Part shown: positions 27,221 through 37,719 of the stretch, in pieces
How positions within the stretch are numbered: the first letter of the stretch is position 1
Layout: each line of letters opens with the position of its first letter
Assembly: GCA_964291285.2 (NCBI GenBank)
Contig: OZ219785.1
Location: 448,001-512,000, forward strand
Length of the DNA stretch: 64,000 nucleotides
Reading direction: 5' to 3'
Source of the DNA: Alphaproteobacteria bacterium
Lineage (GTDB): Bacteria; Pseudomonadota; Alphaproteobacteria; Bin95
The notes under the pieces: generated by a model
What the model was told of the DNA's origin: nothing
The model's input: only the letters and a program-made list of their open reading frames with translations
Databases searched by the model: none
Made by a program: the position numbers and the translations under genes

Positions 27221-28309
27221 ATGGATCAGGAGGAGTTAGCGCAGCATGTGGGCGTTAACCGCTCCACCTGGTCGCGCATCGAGGCGGGGCTGTCGGCGCT
27301 GAGCATCGATCAATTGGCCAAGGCCGCATCGAAGCTCGACGTGTCCGTGAGCGAACTGACGACGGAAGCGGACGATGTCGTCCGGGCGTTGCGGCGAGAG
27401 AATGTCGAAGTCCACAACAGCCGCGACCGGGCCGACTCCAACACATCCGGCCCCACAGCCCCCGGAGAGTCTGCGGGGCCGATGGGCGTGTTTCTCAAGG
27501 GCGAGGTATTGACGGCTATGGTTTCAACAATCCTGGGCTCGCAAAAGGGACGAATCACCATGAGCTACGAGTACAGGCCCGATGAAGGTCTGGATTTCCT
27601 GGAGGGCGTTGCAAGCGAAGACCTTCACGGCCTCGTCGAGTTTCTGACCGGGCAGAGGAACCAGGGACTCACGCAGACGGAGCGCTACAAGTCCCATTCC
27701 CCCGACCACAACAGGTACTGGAGGGAGATTGCCACCGAAATCCAAACCTTCGGGGGCAACTCGGTCTCCAACCTCTACAGAGGCACGGGCACATATTACC
27801 GGGACATCCTCTATGACGTGTGCGACCGGTTGAAGGTCAACTACAACAAGGGGTCGAGCATTCTGTCGATCGAGGGGAATCTCCTGCAGAAGGCGCTGGC
27901 GGACACGTTTGAAGAGCTCGATTCGGAACAGCGCGCCGCGCTCCTCGAAGCGTTGGGCAAGGAAAACGCATCGAAACTCGGAGCCAATGCGGCGGTGGCC
28001 GCAGCCCAGATGCTGCTGCGAGCCGGTGGCTTTGCAACGTACAAATGGGCGCTCATCGTCGTTAACGGGATCATAGGCGGCATCGGAAAGCACACCGTTG
28101 GCAAAGGCCTGGCCCTGGGTGCCAACGCTTTGTTGGCGCGCAGTTTGTCAGTTGCCGTCGGGCCGGTGGGGCTGGCGCTTACGGCAGCCTGGACGACTTA
28201 CGATCTGGCCGGTCCCGCATATCGCGTGACCGTTCCGTCTGTGCTCTACATCGCCGCGCTGCGACTAAAGAAAATCCAGGACGAACACCCCGAAGACGAT
28301 TTGGCCTGA
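27221..28309 (+). CDS. XRE HTH (N-terminally truncated by IS21) in frame with a YaaW/DUF3944 (UPF0174) domain
   Basis: QEELAQHVGVNRSTWSRIEAG HTH. From M at 27560: DEGLDFL, EIQTFGGNS..N.YRG.G..YRDIL.DVCD.LKVNY, GPAYRVTVP..LYIA.LR. Confidence 0.8.
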   Translation: MDQEELAQHVGVNRSTWSRIEAGLSALSIDQLAKAASKLDVSVSELTTEADDVVRALRRENVEVHNSRDRADSNTSGPTAPGESAGPMGVFLKGEVLTAMVSTILGSQKGRITMSYEYRPDEGLDFLEGVASEDLHGLVEFLTGQRNQGLTQTERYKSHSPDHNRYWREIATEIQTFGGNSVSNLYRGTGTYYRDILYDVCDRLKVNYNKGSSILSIEGNLLQKALADTFEELDSEQRAALLEALGKENASKLGANAAVAAAQMLLRAGGFATYKWALIVVNGIIGGIGKHTVGKGLALGANALLARSLSVAVGPVGLALTAAWTTYDLAGPAYRVTVPSVLYIAALRLKKIQDEHPEDDLA

Positions 28310-28472
28310 GTGGCTTTCATCATCCTGATCGCGAGACGGAGAAAACCCGGGATGGCGGCTTCGGAGTTCGGCCGGCGGAAAAGGAGTGCATGGGCGGCGC
28401 TGCGCGGTTGCGCCGCCCATGCAGCGGCAGGGAAAGACGGAGGAGGCCTCCCTGCCGTTTCGCGATACGGCT

Positions 28473-29480
28473 TCAGCCGTCGTAATCGACGCGGTCCACC
28501 ATCCGGCCGGCTTCCTCGCGCAGCTCGGCCACGCGGGCGAGCGGCAGGTCGTCCGCCTTGAAGGCCGCGAGCCTTTCGGGGCCTTCGACACCGGGCTTGA
28601 CCGGATATTCGCCGTTCACCCTGGCGTAGATGTTCTGGCCTTCCTCGCCGGACGCGAATTCGAGCAGCGCTACCGCGTTGTCGCGATTGGGCGCGCCCTT
28701 CACCAGCGAGGCGCCGGAAATGTTGACATGCGCGCCGCGCCCGGCCTGGTTCGGGAAGACGACCCTGACCGAGTCGGCCCAGGCCTTCTGCTTCGGGTCG
28801 TCCAGCATCTTGTGGTAGTAGTAGTGGTTGCCGATGGAGACATCGCACTCGCCGGCATGGATGGCCTTGACCTGCGCGCGGTCATTGCCCTGGGGCCGGC
28901 GCGCCAGGTTCGCTTTCAGACCGGCCAGCCAGTCCTCCGCCTTCTCCTTGCCGTGATGCGCGATCATCGAGGCGATCAGCGCGATCATGTACACATGCTT
29001 TCCGCTGCGCGTGCAGATGCGCCCCTTCCACTCCGGCTCGACAAGCTGCTCATAGGTCTCGATGCCCCCCTCCGGCACGCGGTCATGCGAGGCGTAGATG
29101 AGGCGCGTGCGGGTCGTGAGCCCGTACCAGTTGCCGTCCGGGTCGCGCAGCGAAGCCGGGATGTTGGCCGACAGCGTGTCGGTCTTGACGGGCTCGACGA
29201 CGCCGGCCTTCACCGCGTCGTGCAGCCGGCCGATATCCACGGTGAAGATCAGGTCCGCCGGGCTTGCCGTCCCCTCGGTCTTGAGCCGTTCGATCAACCC
29301 CTTCTTCGCGAAGACCACGTTCACCTTGATGCCGGTCTTGTCCATGAACGCCTTGAATAGCGGTTTGACGAGGAAGGGCTGGCGGTAGGAATAGACATTG
29401 ACGTCCGTCGCCTGCGCCGACGCGGCCGCGATGACCGCGATTCCGGCAACCGCAGCGATTTCAACAATCCGGCTACGCAT
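28473..29480 (-). CDS. Fe(III) ABC transporter substrate-binding protein (FutA/FbpA-like)
   Basis: Signal peptide, VNVYSYRQ, SPAD, TVDIGRL, RSGKHVY, PQGNDRAQ, NHYY, HVNISG, NGEYP. Confidence 0.9.
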   Translation of the reverse strand: MRSRIVEIAAVAGIAVIAAASAQATDVNVYSYRQPFLVKPLFKAFMDKTGIKVNVVFAKKGLIERLKTEGTASPADLIFTVDIGRLHDAVKAGVVEPVKTDTLSANIPASLRDPDGNWYGLTTRTRLIYASHDRVPEGGIETYEQLVEPEWKGRICTRSGKHVYMIALIASMIAHHGKEKAEDWLAGLKANLARRPQGNDRAQVKAIHAGECDVSIGNHYYYHKMLDDPKQKAWADSVRVVFPNQAGRGAHVNISGASLVKGAPNRDNAVALLEFASGEEGQNIYARVNGEYPVKPGVEGPERLAAFKADDLPLARVAELREEAGRMVDRVDYDG

Positions 29481-29501
29481 TGCTTCCTCCGCGCAATACC
29501 A

Positions 29502-29572
29502 TGCGATTGATAGTCATTCGCAAATATACAGCGCTGCCAGACGCGCGCAAGATGCGAATACTTCTCATTATC
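29502..29572 (-). promoter_or_regulatory. Two Fur-box-like iron-regulatory sites
   Basis: TGCGATTGA-TAG-TCATTCGCA near-palindrome (29502-29522) and minus-strand GATAATGAGAAGTATTCGC (29554-29572, 14/19 to the E. coli Fur consensus), upstream of the Fe-binding protein. Confidence 0.65.
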
Positions 29573-29728
29573 GCGACAAAGTGGCACAGTTGCCGGACTG
29601 CCGGAGGAATGTCCCGGCCGGGCCCGCCCCTGTCGTCCTGCTAACGGTCAGGCGCGGCCGAACTCGTCGGCCGGATTGCAAAGAGGCCGGCCGGCGGCTC
29701 GCCGCCCGCCCGAAGGCCGGGACTGCCT

Positions 29729-30829
29729 TTATGCTGCGGCGGCGGCCTCGGGCTTGAGGTGGCTTACCCTCGGCAGCACCTCGTTCATCAGCAGGCCCAT
29801 GGAGGTGTGCCAGGCTTCCGGCTTGTCGGCGTAGTCGAAGCAGAACAGGAGGAGCTGCCCGAAGCCGCCGACATCGTCATAGACCGCCTCCAGCTTTTCG
29901 GCGACGGTCGCCGGCGAGCCGACCAGCCAGTTGTGCTTCGCGCAGTATTCCGGCGTCACGTCGCTGTCCGCCACGTCCTGGTCGTGCTTCAGGAACTCCA
30001 GGAAGCCGAAATTGGCGAGCAGCGGCAGGAAATAGTCTCCCATCATCCGCCCCATCATGTCGCCGACCGACAGCCGCCAGGCCTCCTCGTCGGTCTCGGC
30101 GACGAACACCTCGCGCACCATGCGCCACTCGCCGCGGCTGGCGGTGCGCCCGGCCCTCGCCGCGCCCTCCTCGACCGCATCCCAGTGGCTGCCGACATAG
30201 GCCGGATTCAGGTTCAGGCTCATCGGCAGGAAGCCGCGCTCGCCGGCGAGCTTGAGCGTGTCGGAGTTCTTGGAGAGGCCGGCCACGCCGATGGGCGGAT
30301 GCGGCTTCTGCAGGGGGAACAGGTGCGGGCGCAGGAAGCCGAACATTTCCGCGCCCTTGGTCACATGCCAGAACCGGCCCTTGTAGTCGAACTCCGGCTC
30401 GTCGGACCAGAGCCGCAGGATGATGTCGAGCGCCTCGCGCGTCATGTCGCGGTTCTCGCCGGACATGCCGTCCACGTTGAACATCTGCCAGTCGCTCGGC
30501 AGCCCGCTCGCGGCGACGCCGAAATTGAGCCGCCCCTGGCTCAACCGGTCCATCATCGCAATCCGGTTGGCGAGCTCGGCCGGGTGATGGTAGGGCAGCA
30601 GGAAGCCGCCCGGGCCGAGCCGGATGGTCTCCGTCTGCCGGAGGCCCTCGACCACCAGGAAATCGGGCGCGGGATGCGGCTCCCAGGGCGCGGTGTGGTG
30701 CTCCCCGATCCAGCCTTCGGTAAAGCCGAGCTCGTCGGCCCAGCGGATATGCTGGAGGTCCCATTCGTGGCCCTCGCGCAGGTCGCGCTCAGGCGGGTGG
30801 GAAGGCATGCTGAAAAAGCCGATTTCCAT
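29729..30829 (-). CDS. LLM-class flavin-dependent monooxygenase (luciferase-like)
   Basis: ADELGF..GWIGEHH, LLPYHHP, GRLNFG, PLQKPHPP, VGSP.TV. Confidence 0.9.
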   Translation of the reverse strand: MEIGFFSMPSHPPERDLREGHEWDLQHIRWADELGFTEGWIGEHHTAPWEPHPAPDFLVVEGLRQTETIRLGPGGFLLPYHHPAELANRIAMMDRLSQGRLNFGVAASGLPSDWQMFNVDGMSGENRDMTREALDIILRLWSDEPEFDYKGRFWHVTKGAEMFGFLRPHLFPLQKPHPPIGVAGLSKNSDTLKLAGERGFLPMSLNLNPAYVGSHWDAVEEGAARAGRTASRGEWRMVREVFVAETDEEAWRLSVGDMMGRMMGDYFLPLLANFGFLEFLKHDQDVADSDVTPEYCAKHNWLVGSPATVAEKLEAVYDDVGGFGQLLLFCFDYADKPEAWHTSMGLLMNEVLPRVSHLKPEAAAAA

Positions 30830-30905
30830 CGGGGCGTATCCTCTCGTCACCGCTCTGCCGGCGCCCGGCAGACGAAGGAAACTTTCGGGGGCCGGGCGCG
30901 TGGAG

Positions 30906-32078
30906 TCAATCGGCCTTCGGCACCAGCCAGCGATGGGCGGAGAAGGACACGAGCCCGCAGACCGCGACCGTGAGTGCGAGCGGCAGCGCCGTGCCGTCAT
31001 GGAACTGGCCGACCGCGAGGCCCGACAGTGTGCCGAGGGCGAAATGCCCCGCGCCGATGAGCGCGATGACGGTGCCGGCGAGCTCCGCCTTGTCGGCCGT
31101 CGCGATCACGATGGTGTTGGCGGCGATCAGGTTGAGCGCGAACATGAAACAGAGAAGCGCGGCGACAATGGCGGCGAGGCTCCCGGGAAGCAGCAGGACG
31201 ACGAGAACCAGCGCAAGGCCCGCCGCCAGCAGCAGCCATGTGCCCGCCGTCATCATACCGGCAGGCCCGGCGCGGCCGACCAGCCGGCGGTTGGTCCAGG
31301 CGCCTGCCATGATCGCCAGGATATGGACCGCGAACAGCAGCCCGTAGGTTTGCGGCGAGACGCCGAACACCTCCATGAACACGAAGGGCGTGCCGGAGAT
31401 GTAGGCGAACATGCCGGCAAAGGCGCCGCCGCTTGCGAGCGCGCAGCCGAGCGTCCGCCGCTCCGAGACGAGGCGGGCGTAGTTCACGAAGATCGAGCCG
31501 AGGCCCGCGCGGATGCGCGTTTCGGGAGGCCGCGTTTCAGGCAGCAGGAAGAGGACCGCCAGCAGCGCCAGCGCGCCCCAGCCGGCCAGGATCAGGAAGA
31601 TCGCGCGCCAGTCGGCGAAATGCAGCACCTGCGCGCCGAGCGAGGGCGCCAGCAGGGGCGCGGCCGCCATGATGAGCATGAGGGTGGAGAGCATCCGCGC
31701 GGCTTCCGCACCCGAATGGCGGTCGCGCACCGAGGCCCGCGCGATCACCGTCGCCGCCCCGCCGCCGAGCGCCTGGAAGAAGCGCGCCGCGGTCAGCGCC
31801 CCGATATCCGGCGCGAACGCCGCGCCTGCGCTCGCCGCCAGATAGACCGAGACGCCGATGAGCAGCATCGGCCGGCGCCCGTAGCGGTCCGAGAGCGGGC
31901 CGTAGAGAAGCTGCCCGATGCCGAAGCCGACGAAGAAGGCGGACAGCGTGAACTGCACATCGCCGGCGGACGCACCGAATTCGCGCCCGATGGCCGGCAG
32001 GCTCGGCAGATACATGTCGATGGAAAGCGGCCCGAACGCCGCCAGCATGGCAAGCACGGGCAGGAAGAAGATGGCCAA
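30906..32078 (-). CDS. Bcr/CflA-family MFS drug efflux transporter
   Basis: IDMYLPSLP, GQLLYGPLSDRYGRRP, LPET, many hydrophobic segments. Start uncertain. Confidence 0.9.
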   Translation of the reverse strand: MAIFFLPVLAMLAAFGPLSIDMYLPSLPAIGREFGASAGDVQFTLSAFFVGFGIGQLLYGPLSDRYGRRPMLLIGVSVYLAASAGAAFAPDIGALTAARFFQALGGGAATVIARASVRDRHSGAEAARMLSTLMLIMAAAPLLAPSLGAQVLHFADWRAIFLILAGWGALALLAVLFLLPETRPPETRIRAGLGSIFVNYARLVSERRTLGCALASGGAFAGMFAYISGTPFVFMEVFGVSPQTYGLLFAVHILAIMAGAWTNRRLVGRAGPAGMMTAGTWLLLAAGLALVLVVLLLPGSLAAIVAALLCFMFALNLIAANTIVIATADKAELAGTVIALIGAGHFALGTLSGLAVGQFHDGTALPLALTVAVCGLVSFSAHRWLVPKAD

Positions 32079-32219
32079 GGCGATCCGGGAGAGCTGCGGA
32101 AGACCGGGAAATTAGGCGGTGTGGGCGCGGGGGCAAGCAGCGGCGGCAACATTGGAGGCCGGCCGCTGCAGGCGGTGGGCTGCGGAGATCGGCCGCCCCG
32201 CAAGGAGCGGCCGCCGCGC

Positions 32220-33596
32220 CTACAGTTCGCCGTCGGCTTTCAGCATGTCGAGGGAGCGGGCGAAGGCCGTAACGGTGGCATCGATCTCGGCGTCGCCGTG
32301 GGTGGCGGAGATGGTGCCGCCCGGCCAGCCGGTCAGGTCCACGCCGTTCACGTTCATCGCCAGCCTCAGCTTGTGCGCCGCGCCGGGCGCATTGCCCCGG
32401 AGCTCCTCATAGCCGCAGGCGAACGGGTCGAAACTGTCCGGCGAGACGTCCGCCCGCCCGGCGGGGTTGGTGAAGATGTGGAACACCGAGAAGGTGCCGT
32501 AGGCCGCCCAGGGGACGCCGGCTTCCCGGATGGCGTCGTTCAGGCCCGCGCGCAGCCGCTCGCCCGTCGCGTTGGCGCGCTCGCAGGCGCCTGTCGCCTC
32601 CAGCTTGGTCAGCGCCGCAAGGCCCGCGGCCGCGGCCACCGGGTTGGCGTTGTAGGTGCCCTGGTGGCCGACCTTCTCGATGCCCTTCTCGCGGGTGATG
32701 TCGAAATCCAGCCGCTCGAAGAAGTCCGCGCGGCCTGCCAGCGCCCCGCCCGGCACGCCGCCCGAGACGATCTTGGCGAACGCGGTCAGGTCCGGGCGGA
32801 TGCCGTAATGGCCCTGCGCGCCGCCGGGCGAGACGCGGAAGCCGGTCACCACCTCGTCGAAGATGAGCGCCGTGCCGTTCTCCGCCGTCGCCTCGCGCAG
32901 CCCTTCGAGGAAGGCCGGGGAGGTCGGCACCATGCCCGTCGAGGAGCCGGTCGGCTCCAGGATGGCGGCGGCGATGTCGCCCTTGGCCAGCGCCGCCCGC
33001 GCGCCCTCCAGGTCCTCGGGATCGACCAGCACCGTGCTCTCGGCGATGCCGGGCACGAGGCCGATGGCCGAGGAGCCGTCGAAATGCGAGTTCTGGCCGG
33101 ACGCCATATGGTCGTGCCAACCGTGGAAGTGGGTGCGCACCCGCATGATCTTCGTGCGTCCGGTCGCCGTCCGCGCGAGACGGAGCGCGAGCAGCGTCGC
33201 TTCGGTGCCGGACGACGTGAAGCGCACCTTCTCCGCCGAGGGCACAAGGTCCTGGATCTTCTGCGCCCAGCGCAGCTCGCCCGCATGGCTGGCGCCGAAA
33301 TGCGTGCCGCAGGCGAGCGCGTCGGAGATCGCCGCGCCGACATCGGGGTCGTTGTGGCCGAGCAGCAGCGCGCCGTGGCCGCCGAAATAGTCGACATATT
33401 CGTTGCCGTCGACATCCCACTTTCGCGGCCCCTGGGCGCGCTCGACATAGATGCCGTAGGGCTCGATCCGGCGGCTGTCATGGGTGATGCCGGAGGGGAA
33501 GGTGCGGCAGGCCTCTTCGAACAGCTTCGCGCTGGTCGGCGTCTTGTCCCGGTAGGCGGCCAGGATGCCGGAATTGCTGAGCGGGGCTTCGGGCAT
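32220..33596 (-). CDS. Class III aminotransferase (glutamate-1-semialdehyde aminomutase-like)
   Basis: WDVDGNEYVD, SSGTEA, FHGWHD, LIFDEVVTGFR, FAKIVSGG, GTYNANP. Confidence 0.85.
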   Translation of the reverse strand: MPEAPLSNSGILAAYRDKTPTSAKLFEEACRTFPSGITHDSRRIEPYGIYVERAQGPRKWDVDGNEYVDYFGGHGALLLGHNDPDVGAAISDALACGTHFGASHAGELRWAQKIQDLVPSAEKVRFTSSGTEATLLALRLARTATGRTKIMRVRTHFHGWHDHMASGQNSHFDGSSAIGLVPGIAESTVLVDPEDLEGARAALAKGDIAAAILEPTGSSTGMVPTSPAFLEGLREATAENGTALIFDEVVTGFRVSPGGAQGHYGIRPDLTAFAKIVSGGVPGGALAGRADFFERLDFDITREKGIEKVGHQGTYNANPVAAAAGLAALTKLEATGACERANATGERLRAGLNDAIREAGVPWAAYGTFSVFHIFTNPAGRADVSPDSFDPFACGYEELRGNAPGAAHKLRLAMNVNGVDLTGWPGGTISATHGDAEIDATVTAFARSLDMLKADGEL

Positions 33597-33601
33597 GGAT
33601 G

Positions 33602-34642
33602 TCACACTCCGTCGAGTTTGTAGAAGCGCCGCGCGGTGCCGGCGAACAGGTCGGCTTTCTCGCCGTCCGACGCGCCGGAGGCAAGCTTCTTGAAGGCGTT
33701 CCACATGACAGCATAGCTGCACGACGCCTTGTCCACGGGAAAATTGCTCTCGAACATGCAGCGCGAGGGGCCGAACGCCTCGATGCAGGTCTCGATATAG
33801 GGCCGCCAGACGGCGGCGAGCCTGTCGGAGTCGGGGGCCCGGTCCTGCTTGTGGAAGTCGAACCCGTAAACCTTCATGCCGAGGCCGCCGAGCTTGACAT
33901 ACACGTTCTCGCATTTCGCGATTTCGCGGATGCCGTCGCGCCAGCCGGGAAAAATCTCGTCATGGCGCCCGGCATAGGGGCCGATGCCGAGCGGCCCGCC
34001 GACATGGTCCAGCACGATGCGCGCCTCCGGGAAGGCGCCGGCGAGGCCGACGACGTCCGCGAGCTGCGTGTGGTAGAGCCACGCCTCGAAGGTGAGGTCG
34101 AGCGCGGCCAGCCGGGCGAAGCCCTCGCGGAAGGCCGCGTCGTTGAAGAGGCCCGGCGGCGGGTTGGTGTGGCTGTTGCGCACGTCCGGGCTCGGGTCGT
34201 ATCCGGCGGCGTGGCGGATGCCCCGGAAGCGCCCGTTGCCGGCGGCGATTTCGGCCTGCAGCACGTCTTCGGCCGCCGCGCCCAGGGTGAGGTCCGCGAA
34301 GCCGACAATGCCGGCGCAGGTCTGGGTCTCGCCATAGCGCCCGGATGCGCTCATCGCGGCCGTGCCGTTGACGAACTCGACCTCGCCGACGGGGGCTTCC
34401 GCCTCCGGCCCCGCCGCCCGGTACATCGAGCCGCATTCGACGAACACGGTCGCGCGGACATTGTGGCCGCTGCCGGTGTCTTCCAGCAGCTCATCCAGCA
34501 GGTAGCGGTGGAAGGGGAAGTCCCAGAGATGGTGGTGCGGATCGACGATCGGCAGGTCCGGCTCCAGGATCTCCTCCTCCGTCGTGGCGAGCCAGGCGTC
34601 GTCTATGGCGGTCATCCGCGACTCGACGGAGTTTGCAGTCAT
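33602..34642 (-). CDS. Amidohydrolase_2 family protein
   Basis: IVDPHHHLWD, TVFVEC, VLDHVGGP, VKLGGLGM, RCMFESNFPVD. Confidence 0.88.
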   Translation of the reverse strand: MTANSVESRMTAIDDAWLATTEEEILEPDLPIVDPHHHLWDFPFHRYLLDELLEDTGSGHNVRATVFVECGSMYRAAGPEAEAPVGEVEFVNGTAAMSASGRYGETQTCAGIVGFADLTLGAAAEDVLQAEIAAGNGRFRGIRHAAGYDPSPDVRNSHTNPPPGLFNDAAFREGFARLAALDLTFEAWLYHTQLADVVGLAGAFPEARIVLDHVGGPLGIGPYAGRHDEIFPGWRDGIREIAKCENVYVKLGGLGMKVYGFDFHKQDRAPDSDRLAAVWRPYIETCIEAFGPSRCMFESNFPVDKASCSYAVMWNAFKKLASGASDGEKADLFAGTARRFYKLDGV

Positions 34643-35610
34643 TCCAGTCCGATCTCCTCTCTCACCCCCGGCTCCAGCGCCGCATGGAGCTTGACCAGCC
34701 GATCGTAGCATTTGGCCTGGTAGCGGAAATGCGGCTGACGGAAGCGGTGTCCCGCCAGCATGACATCAACATCGCCCGCCGCATTGGCCTTCAGGAACGG
34801 CCAGTAGATTTCCCGCGCCATTTCCAGCAGCGCGGCGACGGCGGGCCCCGGCTCCTCCCACTCGCCCTCGACGCCGGACAGGTCGTCCGCGCGCCGGACC
34901 CAGGCGTCGGTGCGCGGGGCGCGGGCGCGCATGATGGCCATCGGCGTCGGATCGGTGCCGAGCGTCTTCAGCTGCCCGAACAGCGCGAGGTCGGCGACCG
35001 AGGGGCGCGTGCCGAACAGGAAGCGCTCGTTGGCGACCGTGCTTTCCAGCGCATCGAGAACGCGCAGATAGCTCGCTTCGAGGAGCGGCGCGGCCTCCGG
35101 TGTGGCGCCCACCAGGCTCATGCGCCCCGTCTGGCGCTCCACGAAGGGCGCGACGGCTGCGGCGTATTGCTCCGCGGAGAGGTCCTCCCGCGCGTCGTCC
35201 ATCACCCAGCGCGCCGCGAATTCGCCGTCTTCCGGCGCATTGAAGCGGTAGAAGAACAGGCATTTGGTCAGCCACTCGTCGGCCATGTCCTCGATCAACC
35301 GGGCGAGGAAGCGGTCGCGCGGGCGCTCCGGCAGCAGCGAGCGGCAGGCCCCGTGGCGCCCTTCCAGCTCCTCCAGGATGGGCGTGCTGTCGGTCCGGAG
35401 TTCGCCGTCGGGAAACCGGAGCACCGGCATCAATTGCGGGCGCACATGGGCGAGCGGCTCATACATCCGCACGGAGCGGCAGACCCAGCGGTAGGGCAGC
35501 CGCCGGTAGCGCAGCGCCGCCCGGAGCTTGACCGTATAAGGCGAGGCCTCCACGCCGTAGAGGATGTAGGGGCGCTCCTGCCCGCCCGGCTCGCCGTCGG
35601 CGCGGGTCAA
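34639..35610 (-). CDS. Glutathione S-transferase-like protein
   Basis: [51 protein letters not shown] start overlapping the aapP stop is inferred. Confidence 0.8.
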   Translation of the reverse strand: MTRADGEPGGQERPYILYGVEASPYTVKLRAALRYRRLPYRWVCRSVRMYEPLAHVRPQLMPVLRFPDGELRTDSTPILEELEGRHGACRSLLPERPRDRFLARLIEDMADEWLTKCLFFYRFNAPEDGEFAARWVMDDAREDLSAEQYAAAVAPFVERQTGRMSLVGATPEAAPLLEASYLRVLDALESTVANERFLFGTRPSVADLALFGQLKTLGTDPTPMAIMRARAPRTDAWVRRADDLSGVEGEWEEPGPAVAALLEMAREIYWPFLKANAAGDVDVMLAGHRFRQPHFRYQAKCYDRLVKLHAALEPGVREEIGLE

Positions 35611-36395
35611 TGGAGTATCTGGCTGAGGAACAGTTTCGTGCGCTCCGACTGCGGATTGTTGAAGAAGGCCTCCGGCTCGTTCTGCTCCACGATCTGGCCC
35701 TCGTCCATGAAGATGATGCGGTGGGCGACCTGGCGCGCGAAGCCCATCTCGTGCGACACGACCAGCATGGTCATGCCGCTCTCCGCCAGATCGACCATCA
35801 CGTCCAGCACTTCCTTGATCATTTCCGGGTCGAGGGCCGAGGTCGGCTCGTCGAACAGCATGATGCGCGGCTGCATGCACAGCGAGCGCGCGATCGCGAC
35901 GCGCTGCTGCTGGCCGCCGGAGAGCTGACCCGGATATTTCAGCGCCTGGTCGCCGATCTTCACCCGCTCCAGGAAATAGCGCGCACGGTCCTCCGCTTCC
36001 TTCTTCGGCTCGCGCCGGACCCAGATCGGCGCCAGCGTGCAGTTCTCGATGACCGAGAGATGGGGGAAGAGGTTGAAATGCTGGAAGCACATGCCGACCT
36101 CGGACCGGATCCGGTCGATGTTCTTGATGTCGGAAGACAGCTCCGTGCCTTCGACGACGATCCGGCCGGCCTGGTGGTTCTCCAGCGCGTTGATGCAGCG
36201 GATAAGCGTGGACTTGCCGGACCCGGACGGCCCGCAAACGACGATCCGCTCGCCGCGATAGACGGTCAGGTTTATGTCCCGGAGGACGTGGAATTCCCCG
36301 AACCACTTGTTCATGCCGGCGATGTCGATCGCAACCTCGCCGGAGGCCGTCATGGCGCGGCGTTCTTCGTCCCGTTCGGTAGCGGCGGCGGTCAT
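35607..36395 (-). CDS. aapP: General L-amino acid ABC transporter ATPase
   Basis: [27 protein letters not shown]; operon context. Confidence 0.92.
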   Translation of the reverse strand: MTAAATERDEERRAMTASGEVAIDIAGMNKWFGEFHVLRDINLTVYRGERIVVCGPSGSGKSTLIRCINALENHQAGRIVVEGTELSSDIKNIDRIRSEVGMCFQHFNLFPHLSVIENCTLAPIWVRREPKKEAEDRARYFLERVKIGDQALKYPGQLSGGQQQRVAIARSLCMQPRIMLFDEPTSALDPEMIKEVLDVMVDLAESGMTMLVVSHEMGFARQVAHRIIFMDEGQIVEQNEPEAFFNNPQSERTKLFLSQILH

Positions 36396-36404
36396 GGCGC
36401 CTCC

Positions 36405-37718
36405 CTATCGGTGTCCGACATCGAGGTTGCGTTCCAGATACATGGAATAGCGCGACATGGCGAAACAGAAGATGAAGAAGAACAGCGCGATGAAGCCGTA
36501 GAGTTCCCACACGATGCCGTTCCAGTTCTGGTCGGCGCGGATCGGCTGGAGCAGGCCCACCGGGTCCAGCAGCCCGATGATGATGACCAGGGTCGTGTCC
36601 TTGAACAGGCCGATGAAGGTGTTGACGATTCCCGGAATGGAAATCTTGAGCGCCTGCGGCAGGATTATCAGGCGCATCGACTTCCAGTAGTCCAGCCCGA
36701 GCGAGTCGGCGGCCTCGTACTGCCCTGCCGGCAACCCTGCGAGCCCGCCGCGGATGACCTCCGCCATGTAGGCGGAGGCGAAGGCGGTCACCATGATGAC
36801 CACCCGCAGTATCAGGTCGAACTCCGTGCCGGGCGGCAGGAAGTAGGAGAGCAGCAGCCAGGCGACGAACAGCAGCGTGATGAGCGGCACGCCGCGGATG
36901 AACTCGATGAACCCGACGCAGACCGCCTTGATGAGGATGAGGTTCGACTGCCGCCCGAGCGCGAGCACGATGCCGATGGGCAGCGAGCCGGCAATGCCGG
37001 AGACGCCGATGATGGTGGACAGCAGGAATCCGCCGAGCCTGGCGGACTCCACCGGCTCGAGGCCGATTGCCAGCACGGCGCCCAGCGCGTCCTCGAAGGC
37101 AATGACGCCGAACAGCCACCAGAGCGCCGTCGCGAGAATTCCCGCGCCGACCGCCGCCAGGAAGGCGATCCCCTCATCCAGCCTTCCCCGCGCAAGCGGC
37201 GGCAGGAAGCGGATGCAGGCCCAGCCGATGGCGATACCGACGACGGCGCCCACCGGTCCCCAGAGCGAGCCGCCCCAGATAAGCCAGTAAGCGAGAAGCG
37301 GGTAGAGCGCGCTGAAGATGAGCAGCTTGCGCGGGGCGGAGCTGAAGAGCGCGGGCCAGATTGCGACGAACAGCAGCACGAACGCCAGGATCGGCCGCCA
37401 GCGCAGTTCCTCCGGATAGAACCCGAACACGAACTGCAGGAAGCGTTCGTTGATGACGGCGAGACAGGCGCCGTCGTCCACTTCGCGGCACCCCTGCAGA
37501 GAGGAGGCGTTCCAGACCGAGTCGAGGAACAGCCAGGGCACGACCATGGCGAGGATATAGGCGACGAACGCGAGCGACAGCAGGGTCGCGACGGTGTTGA
37601 AGACGCCGGAGAACAGGTTGTCCCGCGCCCAGCCGAGCGCGCCGCCCGTCCTGACCGGCGGCGGCGACGCCGGGATCTGCCGCTCGGCGACGAATGCGAC
37701 GGGTTTTTCGCCGGCCAC
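36405..37718 (-). CDS. aapM: General L-amino acid ABC transporter permease
   Basis: W.R.NLF, IEFIRGVPLI, AYMAEVIRGG, FKDTTL. Confidence 0.9.
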   Translation of the reverse strand: MAGEKPVAFVAERQIPASPPPVRTGGALGWARDNLFSGVFNTVATLLSLAFVAYILAMVVPWLFLDSVWNASSLQGCREVDDGACLAVINERFLQFVFGFYPEELRWRPILAFVLLFVAIWPALFSSAPRKLLIFSALYPLLAYWLIWGGSLWGPVGAVVGIAIGWACIRFLPPLARGRLDEGIAFLAAVGAGILATALWWLFGVIAFEDALGAVLAIGLEPVESARLGGFLLSTIIGVSGIAGSLPIGIVLALGRQSNLILIKAVCVGFIEFIRGVPLITLLFVAWLLLSYFLPPGTEFDLILRVVIMVTAFASAYMAEVIRGGLAGLPAGQYEAADSLGLDYWKSMRLIILPQALKISIPGIVNTFIGLFKDTTLVIIIGLLDPVGLLQPIRADQNWNGIVWELYGFIALFFFIFCFAMSRYSMYLERNLDVGHR

Positions 37719-37719
37719 C

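Noticed and set aside
32220-33596. hemL assignment
   Set aside because: It is GSA-aminomutase-like but sits in an amino-acid uptake/catabolic operon and is divergent, so the symbol is withheld.
30624-33623. 999-aa plus-strand ORF and many similar long antisense ORFs (e.g. 35610-37739, 56654-59317)
   Set aside because: Stop-poor antisense frames of real genes in high-GC DNA, with no recognisable motifs.
35611-37119. 826-aa GST fusion
   Set aside because: The upstream part is an off-frame overlap of aapP/aapM.
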